From: Candidatus Gottesmanbacteria bacterium GW2011_GWA2_43_14
GTDB taxonomy: Bacteria; Patescibacteriota; Microgenomatia; 2-02-FULL-39-11
Assembly (NCBI GenBank): GCA_000999095.1
Contig: LCFP01000004.1
Location: 80,930-144,929, forward strand
Reading direction: 5' to 3'
DNA: 64,000 bases
Shown here: in pieces, positions 39,565 to 49,149 of the stretch
Layout: each line of letters opens with the position of its first letter
Numbering within the stretch: the first letter of the stretch is position 1
Notes under the pieces: model-generated
The model's input: only the letters and a program-made list of their open reading frames with translations
What the model was told of the DNA's origin: nothing
The model's database searches: none
Program-made: the position numbers and the translations under genes

Positions 39565-39837
39565 TCAACTTTTTTTAGCTAGATAATTATAGGTTGCGGC
39601 AATAAAATAACCGGTGATCCAGGCTGATATGCTGAAAGTGATAAAGCCGAATAGAACAGTTCCGATTGCAGGCGGCTGTCTGTTCCAGACAGTGGTCACA
39701 TCCACGCCGTGCATCCAGGATTGGGCAAATTGACGGTAAAGATCCGGTGCCAAAAAGACCAGCAGTGTGCAAATAAGATAATAGGCAGCTGCCACAATGG
39801 CCAAAGTATTGGCTAATACCGATTCCTTAAATTTCAT
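39565..39837 (-). CDS. hypothetical small membrane protein
   Basis: 90 aa and 2-3 TM segments. Same operon. Confidence 0.4.
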   Translation of the reverse strand: MKFKESVLANTLAIVAAAYYLICTLLVFLAPDLYRQFAQSWMHGVDVTTVWNRQPPAIGTVLFGFITFSISAWITGYFIAATYNYLAKKS

Positions 39838-39840
39838 GTT

Positions 39841-40302
39841 TCACCCCCTTTCCCCTTCAACTTTAAATTCCCTTCTCGGGATGCCTGATAAATTCTTAAT
39901 TATTATGGCGAAAGGAAGTTCAATTTTTTCAAAAACCGCCTTTGCTTTTTTATGATGGGTTTGTCCAGAAACTTCAATTTTTAGAGACGGATAAAGTCCT
40001 TCGTTTTTTTCAAGATAAATACCTTTCTGATAATCATAAGCATCCAGGTTGACATTATGGGTATCAAAATTCAAATTAAAATTCCAACCATCCTCATCCC
40101 CTCCGGCATAAGCGACGGAAACGCTGACCCCGCCGGCTGCACCGGCCGAAGGACTGACAACCACAGAGTCAGTGATTTGATTAGAAGTGATCAGGCTTGA
40201 GGTATCTGTATCTTTTGCTTTAGTTAGGGTAAATAGAAGAATAATAGCTAGAATCCCACTGATTAAGAATAAAAACCAATATTCCCAGGATATTTTTTTC
40301 AT
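39841..40302 (-). CDS. TM-anchored extracytoplasmic protein (possibly FixH/YtkA-like beta-sandwich)
   Basis: N-terminal signal anchor, then a 120-aa Gly/Ala-rich and beta-rich domain. Family assignment is speculative. Confidence 0.35.
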   Translation of the reverse strand: MKKISWEYWFLFLISGILAIILLFTLTKAKDTDTSSLITSNQITDSVVVSPSAGAAGGVSVSVAYAGGDEDGWNFNLNFDTHNVNLDAYDYQKGIYLEKNEGLYPSLKIEVSGQTHHKKAKAVFEKIELPFAIIIKNLSGIPRREFKVEGERG

Positions 40303-40318
40303 CTATTCTTCCAGTGTA

Positions 40319-41260
40319 TCAGACGCCGCAGCCGCCGCCGCCTTCAACTTTGGGAAGGATGCCTTCCGACTGAAGTTCCTTGTTGATAGCCTGGTAACCG
40401 GCGCCACTCGAGTAAGGACTGCCTAATGCCTCCTTGGGATCTACATCCTGCCAATCCTCACCCTTTTTGCTTTTGAAGTACATGGCCAGTTCCACATAAG
40501 TCTGGGGGAACCACTGGGAATTTAAAAGCAGGGCTTTTTTGTATATTTCATTCCGGCTCATACCCTGGACAACGGCCAGCTCAATATAGCCCAGCATGGC
40601 CGCCCCGTGATTGCAGTCGGGAAAGTAGGTGGAATTGCCGCAGCAGGGCCGGTAAATATTTTGGGCAATTTCAATCACTTCCTTTTCCTGTTCGGGCGTT
40701 AACGGCAGGATAGGGAAACGGTTGAAAAGTTTACCGCCTTCCTCCTTTCCCAAAGTCCAACCGCCGGTTGAAGCGTAATTGCCGGAATCTTCCTTCATCG
40801 GCCCTTCTTCCAGAAATTTGGTTTTGTTGGCAATTCCCAGCGGCCAGAGGAGGTTGAGGATGATGGCATTGTTTTCTTTGGTGACGATTATCTTTTCGGA
40901 AGAATCCTTATCAAAAAGATCCGTAAATTCGGCAGGTAAACCTCCGCGGCTTTGATAGAGATCTAAAAATTTTTGCTTATCTATAGCGCCTGTCTCGACC
41001 ATTTTTTTGACGGTCTCACCAAAGGAGACACCGAGGTTGAATTTATCAGGCAGAACTTTTTGGGTTACTTCTGAAAGCAATTGATCGGACTTAATAGAAG
41101 CCGTTTTTTCTGCTGGTGTTTCACTTTCCGGATTAGTAGCTTTCCGGTAATTAGAAAGTTTCGGGATAAGCACAAACAATAACAGGCCGATCAAAAGTCC
41201 CGTGACAATACCGGTCAAATAAGATTGATGTTTATTTTCAGAATTATTTTTTTTCACCAT
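40319..41260 (-). CDS. TM-anchored extracytoplasmic protein with a PCCGNSTYFPDCNHG motif (uncharacterised)
   Basis: 313 aa with a single N-terminal TM segment. Conserved-looking Cys cluster (RPCCGNSTYFPDCNHGAAM) and a C-terminal GGGGCGV. No family recognised. Confidence 0.45.
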   Translation of the reverse strand: MVKKNNSENKHQSYLTGIVTGLLIGLLLFVLIPKLSNYRKATNPESETPAEKTASIKSDQLLSEVTQKVLPDKFNLGVSFGETVKKMVETGAIDKQKFLDLYQSRGGLPAEFTDLFDKDSSEKIIVTKENNAIILNLLWPLGIANKTKFLEEGPMKEDSGNYASTGGWTLGKEEGGKLFNRFPILPLTPEQEKEVIEIAQNIYRPCCGNSTYFPDCNHGAAMLGYIELAVVQGMSRNEIYKKALLLNSQWFPQTYVELAMYFKSKKGEDWQDVDPKEALGSPYSSGAGYQAINKELQSEGILPKVEGGGGCGV

Positions 41261-42059
41261 GGCCTACCTCCTTTATCATAATTTTGATAAATATAACCAA
41301 AAGGGCAATCAATAACAGGTCTATCAGGGGATTTCCCAGCCGATTGGACAGATTAAAGATAAATCTTCTAAGGGATTCTCCGTAGGCCATATTCTTATCC
41401 ATCTCAATTTTTCCCGTCAGAGCCATCAAAGCGATAATCACCGCCGAGACCATGAAAGTAACAGAAGCCAATATTTTCAGCGGTTTTTCCCAACTACTCT
41501 TGATTTTATAGAGGTATTTATTGCTCAGCTTTTCATAAAAAAGAGACAGGAAAAAAAGAGGGAAAACGATTCCTAAGACATAGGCTATTGAAACAATCAG
41601 GGAAGACAGAAGGGTCGGTGATAGTGAGGACAGGGTGATAGCGGCAAAAAGAACCGGGGCGCAGCAAGAGGAGGTGATACCGGAAAAAAGTCCCAATATA
41701 TAAGTTGAGAGGACAGTTGTTTCTTTGGGCATGGTGTAATGGGGCAGGGGAAGCATCAGTTTCACTTCAAATAGAGTCATCAACCCAACCAGAAACATCA
41801 CTAAAGCCCCAAGAAGATATGTCGTGGTATGGAATTTATCAAAGAAAGAGACGATAATCGAAGCGCCCAAAGCCACCGGTACCAGGATTGATCCCAAACC
41901 CGCGGCAAAAATCATCGTCAGAAAAACCACCCTTTTCCTATCTTTGAAAATTGTTCCCAAATAAGAAGGAAAAAGAAAAGTAATACAGCAGGGAGCAAAC
42001 AAGGCCACCATGCCGCCCAAAAAAGAGGCAGTCAGGGAAACTCCGAAGAAAAGATTCAT
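41244..42059 (-). CDS. CcdA/DsbD-like membrane protein with two vicinal Cys pairs
   Basis: Polytopic membrane protein. FAPCC in TM1 and SSCCAP in a later TM, at the positions where CcdA carries SPC/PC motifs. Confidence 0.5.
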   Translation of the reverse strand: MNLFFGVSLTASFLGGMVALFAPCCITFLFPSYLGTIFKDRKRVVFLTMIFAAGLGSILVPVALGASIIVSFFDKFHTTTYLLGALVMFLVGLMTLFEVKLMLPLPHYTMPKETTVLSTYILGLFSGITSSCCAPVLFAAITLSSLSPTLLSSLIVSIAYVLGIVFPLFFLSLFYEKLSNKYLYKIKSSWEKPLKILASVTFMVSAVIIALMALTGKIEMDKNMAYGESLRRFIFNLSNRLGNPLIDLLLIALLVIFIKIMIKEVGHGEKK

Positions 42060-42065
42060 AAGTAA

Positions 42066-42587
42066 TTATTCGACTGTGGCATTGATATTGAATATCAAGG
42101 TTTCATTTTCCGGGTCATTGGTGTTGAGTGAGGCTTGTCTGGTAACCAGTCCTTTGACCGGCATAATAAACGGCCGGTAAGTAACAAACAATTTGGCTGT
42201 CTCTCCCGGCGGCAGTTGAGCCTTCCAGTTGTTTTTTGAATGCATGGTAAATTCCGGACTAATGACTCCATTGATATCCAGTTTGGCAAATGTACAGTCG
42301 CAGGAAGTCGATAATTTATAGAGTTCCAAAGGCTTGGAGCCGTTATTTTTTATGCTGAATTCAGCTGTCCTCTCATCACTGACTTTCATCTTGCCCAATT
42401 CTTTTAAATTAGAATCAATTGAAGCCGCCGGTTTTTCCGTGTCACCTTTGGTATAAGAGATAGCATCTGATTGCGTGGCTCCCTTTCCTTCTTTAACGGC
42501 AAAGACAATAATCAGTAGGAATACCAGCAAGGTGAATCCGCCAATTACCAATAATATTAATTTTTCTCCTGAGAAGCGTTTGAACAT
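42066..42587 (-). CDS. DUF1573-domain protein (TM-anchored, extracytoplasmic)
   Basis: Signal anchor plus a DUF1573-like beta-sandwich region with an SCDCT motif (LYKLSTSCDCTFAKL). Confidence 0.55.
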   Translation of the reverse strand: MFKRFSGEKLILLVIGGFTLLVFLLIIVFAVKEGKGATQSDAISYTKGDTEKPAASIDSNLKELGKMKVSDERTAEFSIKNNGSKPLELYKLSTSCDCTFAKLDINGVISPEFTMHSKNNWKAQLPPGETAKLFVTYRPFIMPVKGLVTRQASLNTNDPENETLIFNINATVE

Positions 42588-42644
42588 ATTGGCTTAATAA
42601 TACAGCCTGGATTATTAAGAAATTATGAAGATTTTTTGGGAAAA

Positions 42645-45566
42645 CTATTCAAAAGCCATGGAGGAGCTGATTTTGGCAAAACCGCCGAAAATTATGCTGA
42701 AAAGAATCAGCATCGCAAGCGGAGCAATCAAAGACAAGTAATTCCGTTTGCCCGGCCGGAAATATTTTAAAGTCAGGGAATTGGTAACGACGGAGATGGA
42801 GGATAAAGCCATGGCCAAACCTGCCAATTCGGGTTTAAGCACAAGCCCCATGAAAGCGAAAGCCCGGGCAGCGACGGGGATGCCAACGATGTTATAAAAG
42901 AGGGCGAAAAACATGTTTTGCTTAATTTTACTCATCGTATCGTGGGAAAGATTGATGGCAGTAACTACATCCCGCAGGTCGTTTTTGACGATGACGATAC
43001 CGCCTGTTTCCATCGCGACATCAGTTCCCGAACCCATGGCAATCCCTAAATCAGCCTGAGCTAATGCCGGCGCATCATTGATGCCGTCGCCGACCATGGC
43101 CACAATTTGTTTTTTATCCTGAAGTTTTTTGACTTCATTGGCTTTGTCTTCAGGTAAAACTTCCGCCAGAATATTGGTAATGCCGACCTGATCAGCAATA
43201 GCCTGGGCAGTCCGTTCATTGTCGCCGGTGATCATATAAACTTCGATATTTCTTTTTTTAAGCTGATCGATAGCTTCCCGGCTGGTTTCTTTGACGGTAT
43301 CGGCAACCGCAATCGCTCCCAGGATCTGATTTTTATCTGCCAAAAGCATGGCGGTTTTACCCATGTTTTCCAATCTAATCAGTTTGTCGTGAAGTTGACC
43401 GAGCTCAACTTTGGCGACATCTGTCATCAGTTTCCGGTTGCCCATATAATAAGTTTCGCCTTTGATGGTGCCGGTGACTCCGTGACCGGGTATGGCCTTA
43501 AAATTCTCGACATTCTTCATGAGCATATCTTTTTCCCGGGCAAAGCCTACAATGGCTTCCGCTAAAGGATGTTCAGAAGATTTTTCCAATGAAGCGGCAA
43601 TTTCCAGGATTTGAGCCTCTCCGGTTTCAGTGTAGCTTTCGATATCGGTCACAATCGGTTTGCCGTTGGTTAAAGTACCGGTTTTATCGAAAATGATGGT
43701 TGTTATCCGGCAAATCTTTTCCAAGGGTTCGCCGCCTTTTATTAAAATGCCGTGTTCCGCGCCCTTACCAGTACCGACCATCAAAGCGGTCGGAGTCGCC
43801 AAGCCCAAGGCGCAGGGACAGGCAATGACGATAACGGCCGTGAATGCCATCAGGGCAAATGATAAGGAAGCCCCAAAGATCAGGTACCAGACGAGAAAGG
43901 TGCCGATGGCGATAATGATGACGGCCGGGACAAACCAGGCTGAAATGCGGTCGGCGAAGGCCTGAATGGGTGCCTTGGAACCCTGGGCTTCCTCAATTAA
44001 ACGGATGATTTGGGCTAGCGTGGTTTCGCTGCCGACCCGGGTTGCCTCAAATTCAAAGCTGCCCATTTTATTGATGGTTGCCCCGACCACATTATCACCG
44101 CTGTTTTTTTCAACAGGTATGCTTTCGCCGGTAATCATCGATTCATCGACGGAAGATGAGCCTCTGATAATTTTGCCGTCAACCGGGATTTTTTCGCCCG
44201 GCCGGACCAGCAAAATGTCGCCTTTGACCACCTGATCCAAAGGAATATCAACCGTATTGCCATTTCTTATAACTCTGGCGGTTTTTGGCTGAAGGCCCAT
44301 CAATTTTTTTATGGCATCTGATGTTTTACCCTTGGCTCTAAGTTCCAGCCATTTTCCCAAAAGAACAAAAGTAATCAAAAAGGCGGATGTTTCAAAATAC
44401 AATTCCGGTATTTTTTCTATCACCGGCCCGAGGAGAGTACCTGTTAGGGAGAAATAACTCAAATAATTGAAAGCGCTGTAAAAATAGGCAGCCGAGGTGC
44501 CGATGGCTATCAGACTGTCCATATTAAAGGTTTTCATCCTGAGAGCGGACCACATGCCTTTATAGAAACCGTAACCCAAAACAAACTGCACCGGGGTCGA
44601 CAGGATGAAAGAGAGGACGCCGACATAAGGATTAAAGAACAGTTTGCCGATTGCACCCGGGAAAAAGTCGAACAGCATGAAATAAAGCAATGGCAAGCTC
44701 AGGATCAGGCTGGAAATGAACTTCGAAAAAAGCATTCTAGTTTCTTCCTGACGTTTTCGCGTTTCAAATTCGGTATCTTTTTGATCAATCTGACTGGCTT
44801 TATAACCGCTGTTTTCCACCGCTTTGATCAGATTTTCGACAGTCGCCTGGTTAGAGTCAAAGTCAACCAGCGCCTTTTCGGCGGCAAAATTGACGTTGGC
44901 GGAAGAGACGCCATCAACCTTTTTAAGGGAACGTTCAATCAGTTGGGCACAGGAAGAGCAGTGCATACCGGAGAGAGATAACGAAACTCTTTTGCGTATA
45001 TCAGGCGTTTCAGCCGGAGTACTTATTTCAGGAATTTGTGATTTTTTTGCCGGTATTTGATCAGGTTTATTCGACAAGACGTTATCTTGGGAGGGGAGAG
45101 GGTTGAATAGCGGGGCATTATCCAAAGATCCGGAAAGTTTTGACATAAAATTCTTCACTTCTCCATTACCGAAAGATTGTTGGTATTCGGATTTTTGGAA
45201 TTTGCTGATTTTACCATCAAAAAATGGTTCACCATGATCATTTAGAAAAACACGCCCTTGCGCTTCAACTCTTGATTCAATTTTAACCGGAACACTGCTT
45301 CTTGTCACTTTTGCCCCAGCGGTGCTTTTATTAGCTTCCGTTCCAACACTTTCTTCCTGGAGTGCTTCATAGCCTGCCCGTTTGACCGCTTCGATCACTT
45401 CGGTCAGGCTGTTTTTACTTTGGTCAAGAGTGAGAACGGCCAGCTGTTTTTGGAAACTGACATTTATATCGGAAACACCCGGTAAAGCCGCCAGTTCCTC
45501 TTTCGTAACCACTTCACAGGAGCGGCAATGCATGCCTTTGATATTTAATTTCAGCTTTTTTTTCAT
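42645..45566 (-). CDS. copA: copper-translocating P1B-type ATPase with two N-terminal HMA domains
   Basis: Two MxCxxC HMA domains ([18 protein letters not shown]), TM6 CPC ([12 protein letters not shown]), DKTGTLT, the YN and MxxSS TM signatures, and GDGINDAP. Confidence 0.9.
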   Translation of the reverse strand: MKKKLKLNIKGMHCRSCEVVTKEELAALPGVSDINVSFQKQLAVLTLDQSKNSLTEVIEAVKRAGYEALQEESVGTEANKSTAGAKVTRSSVPVKIESRVEAQGRVFLNDHGEPFFDGKISKFQKSEYQQSFGNGEVKNFMSKLSGSLDNAPLFNPLPSQDNVLSNKPDQIPAKKSQIPEISTPAETPDIRKRVSLSLSGMHCSSCAQLIERSLKKVDGVSSANVNFAAEKALVDFDSNQATVENLIKAVENSGYKASQIDQKDTEFETRKRQEETRMLFSKFISSLILSLPLLYFMLFDFFPGAIGKLFFNPYVGVLSFILSTPVQFVLGYGFYKGMWSALRMKTFNMDSLIAIGTSAAYFYSAFNYLSYFSLTGTLLGPVIEKIPELYFETSAFLITFVLLGKWLELRAKGKTSDAIKKLMGLQPKTARVIRNGNTVDIPLDQVVKGDILLVRPGEKIPVDGKIIRGSSSVDESMITGESIPVEKNSGDNVVGATINKMGSFEFEATRVGSETTLAQIIRLIEEAQGSKAPIQAFADRISAWFVPAVIIIAIGTFLVWYLIFGASLSFALMAFTAVIVIACPCALGLATPTALMVGTGKGAEHGILIKGGEPLEKICRITTIIFDKTGTLTNGKPIVTDIESYTETGEAQILEIAASLEKSSEHPLAEAIVGFAREKDMLMKNVENFKAIPGHGVTGTIKGETYYMGNRKLMTDVAKVELGQLHDKLIRLENMGKTAMLLADKNQILGAIAVADTVKETSREAIDQLKKRNIEVYMITGDNERTAQAIADQVGITNILAEVLPEDKANEVKKLQDKKQIVAMVGDGINDAPALAQADLGIAMGSGTDVAMETGGIVIVKNDLRDVVTAINLSHDTMSKIKQNMFFALFYNIVGIPVAARAFAFMGLVLKPELAGLAMALSSISVVTNSLTLKYFRPGKRNYLSLIAPLAMLILFSIIFGGFAKISSSMAFE

Positions 45567-45579
45567 TAAGAAATTTTCT

Positions 45580-45792
45580 TCAGTTTATAACCTGATAATC
45601 CGTACCTTCCAGTGATTTCTTAATTTCCGTAAGATTAATATCACGTCTGGCGGTAACTTGCGCCTCACCGGTCAGGGAAACGTTAAAATCCAAAACACCT
45701 TCGATTGAATTGACTCTGCGTTTGATAAGTTTCAGACAAGCGTCACAGGTGATGCCGGTAACGTAGAATTTTAGCGTATTTATATCGGACAT
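45580..45792 (-). CDS. copZ: HMA-domain copper chaperone
   Basis: GITCDAC MxCxxC-type motif. 70 aa. Immediately upstream of copA. Confidence 0.8.
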   Translation of the reverse strand: MSDINTLKFYVTGITCDACLKLIKRRVNSIEGVLDFNVSLTGEAQVTARRDINLTEIKKSLEGTDYQVIN

Positions 45793-45804
45793 GAAAAGAC
45801 TCCT

Positions 45805-47643
45805 TTAAACAACCTTAATAATGCCGCGGGGTACCCCCATGGCGCAGGTAATCGGGTATTCACCGGGAGTTTTCGGGGTGAATTCAAGAACTATCGTTTC
45901 TCCCTTTTTAAGAAATTGGGGATTATCGGCTAAACCGGGGACGGCAATTGTTGCCATACAGCCGGAACCGTTGTCTTTGACTTCAATTTCCATTCTGACG
46001 GGCTTTCCCGCATTAACTTCAAAAGCATTTGGACTGATATCAGTATTTTGGGTATACACAGTTTTAATGATTTGCTCATCTTTATTTTCTTGAGCTTTCA
46101 CCGGAGTGACATTTGTGTTTTGGACCTGCTTTTGCCCTCCACCTCCGCAACCGCAGCCTCCGCTACCGCAAGACGCACCTCCGGCAGAATTAGCGGTTTT
46201 AACAGCGGCGGTGTCATCGGGGAGAGTCGCAGCCTGTACTTGAATACCATTGACATCATTAACCACCCTGATCGATCCGGAAAACATGCCCATACTGCAG
46301 GTAAATCGGATAACGCCTTCTTCGGAAGGCGTAAACTCAATCACATTTTCACCAGGATGGAGCAATTTTTGCACGCCGATTTTGTCGGCCACAATTGAAG
46401 CGGCACAGGTGTTGGGATCTTTGGAATCGATAACCCAGCGGACAGGTACGCCTTTTTTAACCGTGAAGACTTTCGGATTGTAACCTCCGGCATCCTGGAC
46501 CATACGGATGACCTGTTTGCCGTTTTCCAGTTGAACTCCTTCTGTATCAGCTGCTGCCACAACAGTTGTTTTCCCGGGGAAATTAAAATAACCCGGATTT
46601 AAGCCGGTCAGATTCAGGCCATTGTTAAGATTGAAAAGACTTAAGACGATAACAACGACACCGGCAATCCGGAAAAAACTTTGAGCAAAAGCTCCTTTGA
46701 CCAGCGATGTCAAACCGCCAATTCCCAGAAGTCCAGGTGCTGTCCCCAAGGCAAAAGTGCCCATGATTAAAGCGCCCGAAACAGGATTGCCTGTCGTCAT
46801 GGCAAAAAGCTGCATCGCCTGGGTGAAGCCGCAGGGCAGAAAAAAGGTCAGGCCTCCCATAAAGACAGAATTTTTATTGCTGTATTCAGCCTCTTTTTTT
46901 GAATTAATTCTCAAAATTTTTCCCACTCCGGCAGGCAGAGTCAGTTTAAAATCTTCCAGTCTGGGGGAAAGCCCGGTTAGCTGTAAACCCATCAAAAGCA
47001 TAACCATGCTTACAAAAACCGTCAGCATACCAAGGCCGAAACCGGACAGCTGGAAAAAAGAACCAAACCAACCGATTATCGCACCGAAAAAAAGATAAGA
47101 ACCTATCCTGCCAAGATTAAAAAACAGATGCGGTTTGAATTTTTCAAGAGGAGTAGCTAAAGAATGCTTTTCGGCAAACCTGGCAGAAACACCCAAAACC
47201 AAGCCGCCGATTAAAGCCATGCAGGTGGAGAAGCCGGCTGTTAACCCGATTAAAAGCACTACTAAAAGGCTGGAAGGATGATTGGAGATGGCCGGCAGGG
47301 CAATTTTAATGCCGAAAATGTCTAGGAGAACATAGCCTAAAAAGACGGCAATCAGAAAAATTATTATTTCCTGATAAATATTAAAATCGCGGGTAAATAA
47401 AGGTTTTTTTTCGGGTAGGCCGATTGAATAGCCTGCTCCTTCGATAGTCGAGTTGACCGCTTCATAGTTTAGATTACCTTTATAAGCGATTTCCGCTAAG
47501 CCCTTTTTTTGGCTGACGGCAACTTTTTTGACACCCTCAAGAGAGCAGAGTTCACCTTCAATCAAAAGCTCGCAAGAACGGCAATGCATGCCTTTTATCG
47601 GAACGGATGCTGTTTTTATCATGTTAAAAATCTTACCAGTCAA
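45805..47643 (-). CDS. fusion protein: N-terminal HMA domain + DsbD_2/CcdA-like Cys-pair membrane domain + Cys/Gly-rich linker + two cupredoxin-like Cys/Met domains
   Basis: HMA domain ([10 protein letters not shown]). TM core with GFSTC and FFLPCGFTQAM motifs. Linker ASCGSGGCGCGGGG. Two repeated extracytoplasmic domains ending FTCSMGMFSGSIRVV and ITCAMGVPRGIIKVV, each with an upstream conserved Cys (NTCAAS / GSGCMA). Confidence 0.6.
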   Translation of the reverse strand: MTGKIFNMIKTASVPIKGMHCRSCELLIEGELCSLEGVKKVAVSQKKGLAEIAYKGNLNYEAVNSTIEGAGYSIGLPEKKPLFTRDFNIYQEIIIFLIAVFLGYVLLDIFGIKIALPAISNHPSSLLVVLLIGLTAGFSTCMALIGGLVLGVSARFAEKHSLATPLEKFKPHLFFNLGRIGSYLFFGAIIGWFGSFFQLSGFGLGMLTVFVSMVMLLMGLQLTGLSPRLEDFKLTLPAGVGKILRINSKKEAEYSNKNSVFMGGLTFFLPCGFTQAMQLFAMTTGNPVSGALIMGTFALGTAPGLLGIGGLTSLVKGAFAQSFFRIAGVVVIVLSLFNLNNGLNLTGLNPGYFNFPGKTTVVAAADTEGVQLENGKQVIRMVQDAGGYNPKVFTVKKGVPVRWVIDSKDPNTCAASIVADKIGVQKLLHPGENVIEFTPSEEGVIRFTCSMGMFSGSIRVVNDVNGIQVQAATLPDDTAAVKTANSAGGASCGSGGCGCGGGGQKQVQNTNVTPVKAQENKDEQIIKTVYTQNTDISPNAFEVNAGKPVRMEIEVKDNGSGCMATIAVPGLADNPQFLKKGETIVLEFTPKTPGEYPITCAMGVPRGIIKVV

Positions 47644-47730
47644 GTTATTAAGATTTTATGAAGAGTGCTTCTTTTATTATTTTTATATTAATGAGTTCTA
47701 TCTTATACATTTTAACTGTAATCTTAAAAA

Positions 47731-49149
47731 GTGAAAGTTTTTATTTCTCCAATTTTCGTTGTTCTAATCTATGCCTTTCTGTTAAGAATTTATAATCTCA
47801 ATTACAATTCTCCTTTTTTGGATGAAGCTCAATATCTAATATTAGGACGGAAAGTTTTGGTAGGGCATTGGCAGGAAAGCAATCCTTTTGCCTGGGTAGG
47901 AGGGATGCCATTGTTTTATCCGACACTTTCGGCTGTCTTTGGTTTTTGGGGCATCACAGGCAGCAGGTTGTTAAATGCATTATTGGGCACAATATCCGTT
48001 TACCTTTTATATTTAATCGTCAGATATTTGAAATTATCCAATAATGATCAGGATAATGAAACCTCAGCTATCATTGCCGCCAGTTTTTTGGCAGTTTTAG
48101 CCGTGCCTTTGTACTTAAGCCGTCTGGCTATTTACGATATGCTTTCATTTACGCTGCTTTTAGCAGGATTGGTATTGCTGCTAAAAAGCTTAAAGTCGGA
48201 AAAACAAAAAGACTGGCGGAAGGAAAATTGGTATTTTGGGGCAGCAGTTTTTATAGCCGCTTCATATCTTGCAAAGTATATCTCCTTTATCATATTTCCG
48301 GTGGTTGCTCTGGCGGCTTTTTGGCAAGCAAAAATTAATGGTAATCATGAAGTCCGACTTTATTTAAAGTATTTTTTGCTGCCGCTGTCGACAATTGTCA
48401 TAGGCTATGCTCTTTGGCAGTATCCGGCGCTTATCCACTTTCAAGAAGAACAGATAAGCAAGGCAACCAGCCACTCAGTGGTAATTCTTAAAAGCTTTTA
48501 TTCTTACAGCCTGCCCGTTCTGCTGCCGGCGGCAATCGGAGCACTTTTGCTGTTTTTCAAAAGTAGCCGGACAGCCCTTGTTTTAATTATCTTAGCTCTG
48601 ACCCCGCTTGCCGTCCATCTGGCTACCAACAATTCAGCTGCCAGCGGGCAGCATTCATATTTGACGGTCATTTTCCTACTGCCATTGGCCTCATATGGAT
48701 TACAGTCATTTATAGGGAGGTGGCCCAGATTTGGCAACCTGTTATTAGGTTTATTGTTTATCGCCACTTTTTTCTATTCTTACTCCCAACTTTTGAAGCT
48801 TGAGAGAGCCTGGCCGAATACTGATAAAGCCATGGACTTTTTAAAAACAAGAACATCCGATCACGAAAAAATACTCTCTTCACAGGATGACGTGACACTT
48901 TTGGCGCTTCCCAATTTCAGGGATGAGAACATTACGGGAATCTTTGATTTTAAATATAAAAATCTGACAGGTTCCCAAGCATACAGCCTGGCCCTGTCCG
49001 AAAATTTCTTTGACTTTGTCCTTTTGGACGACCACGCCCACGGGACAATTGAATCGACAGTCTTGAATTCAATAACGTTCCATTACCGCCCAATTTACAA
49101 TGAGGAGCCTTTTACCATCTACCATAAGTCAGCTATCGCCCAAGGATGA
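47731..49149 (+). CDS. ArnT/PMT-like (GT39/GT83 family) membrane glycosyltransferase
   Basis: 472 aa with about 11 TM segments. N-terminal loop motif (NSPFLDEAQYLILGRK) resembling DE/DD-loop lipid-linked sugar transferases. Confidence 0.6.
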   Translation: MKVFISPIFVVLIYAFLLRIYNLNYNSPFLDEAQYLILGRKVLVGHWQESNPFAWVGGMPLFYPTLSAVFGFWGITGSRLLNALLGTISVYLLYLIVRYLKLSNNDQDNETSAIIAASFLAVLAVPLYLSRLAIYDMLSFTLLLAGLVLLLKSLKSEKQKDWRKENWYFGAAVFIAASYLAKYISFIIFPVVALAAFWQAKINGNHEVRLYLKYFLLPLSTIVIGYALWQYPALIHFQEEQISKATSHSVVILKSFYSYSLPVLLPAAIGALLLFFKSSRTALVLIILALTPLAVHLATNNSAASGQHSYLTVIFLLPLASYGLQSFIGRWPRFGNLLLGLLFIATFFYSYSQLLKLERAWPNTDKAMDFLKTRTSDHEKILSSQDDVTLLALPNFRDENITGIFDFKYKNLTGSQAYSLALSENFFDFVLLDDHAHGTIESTVLNSITFHYRPIYNEEPFTIYHKSAIAQG

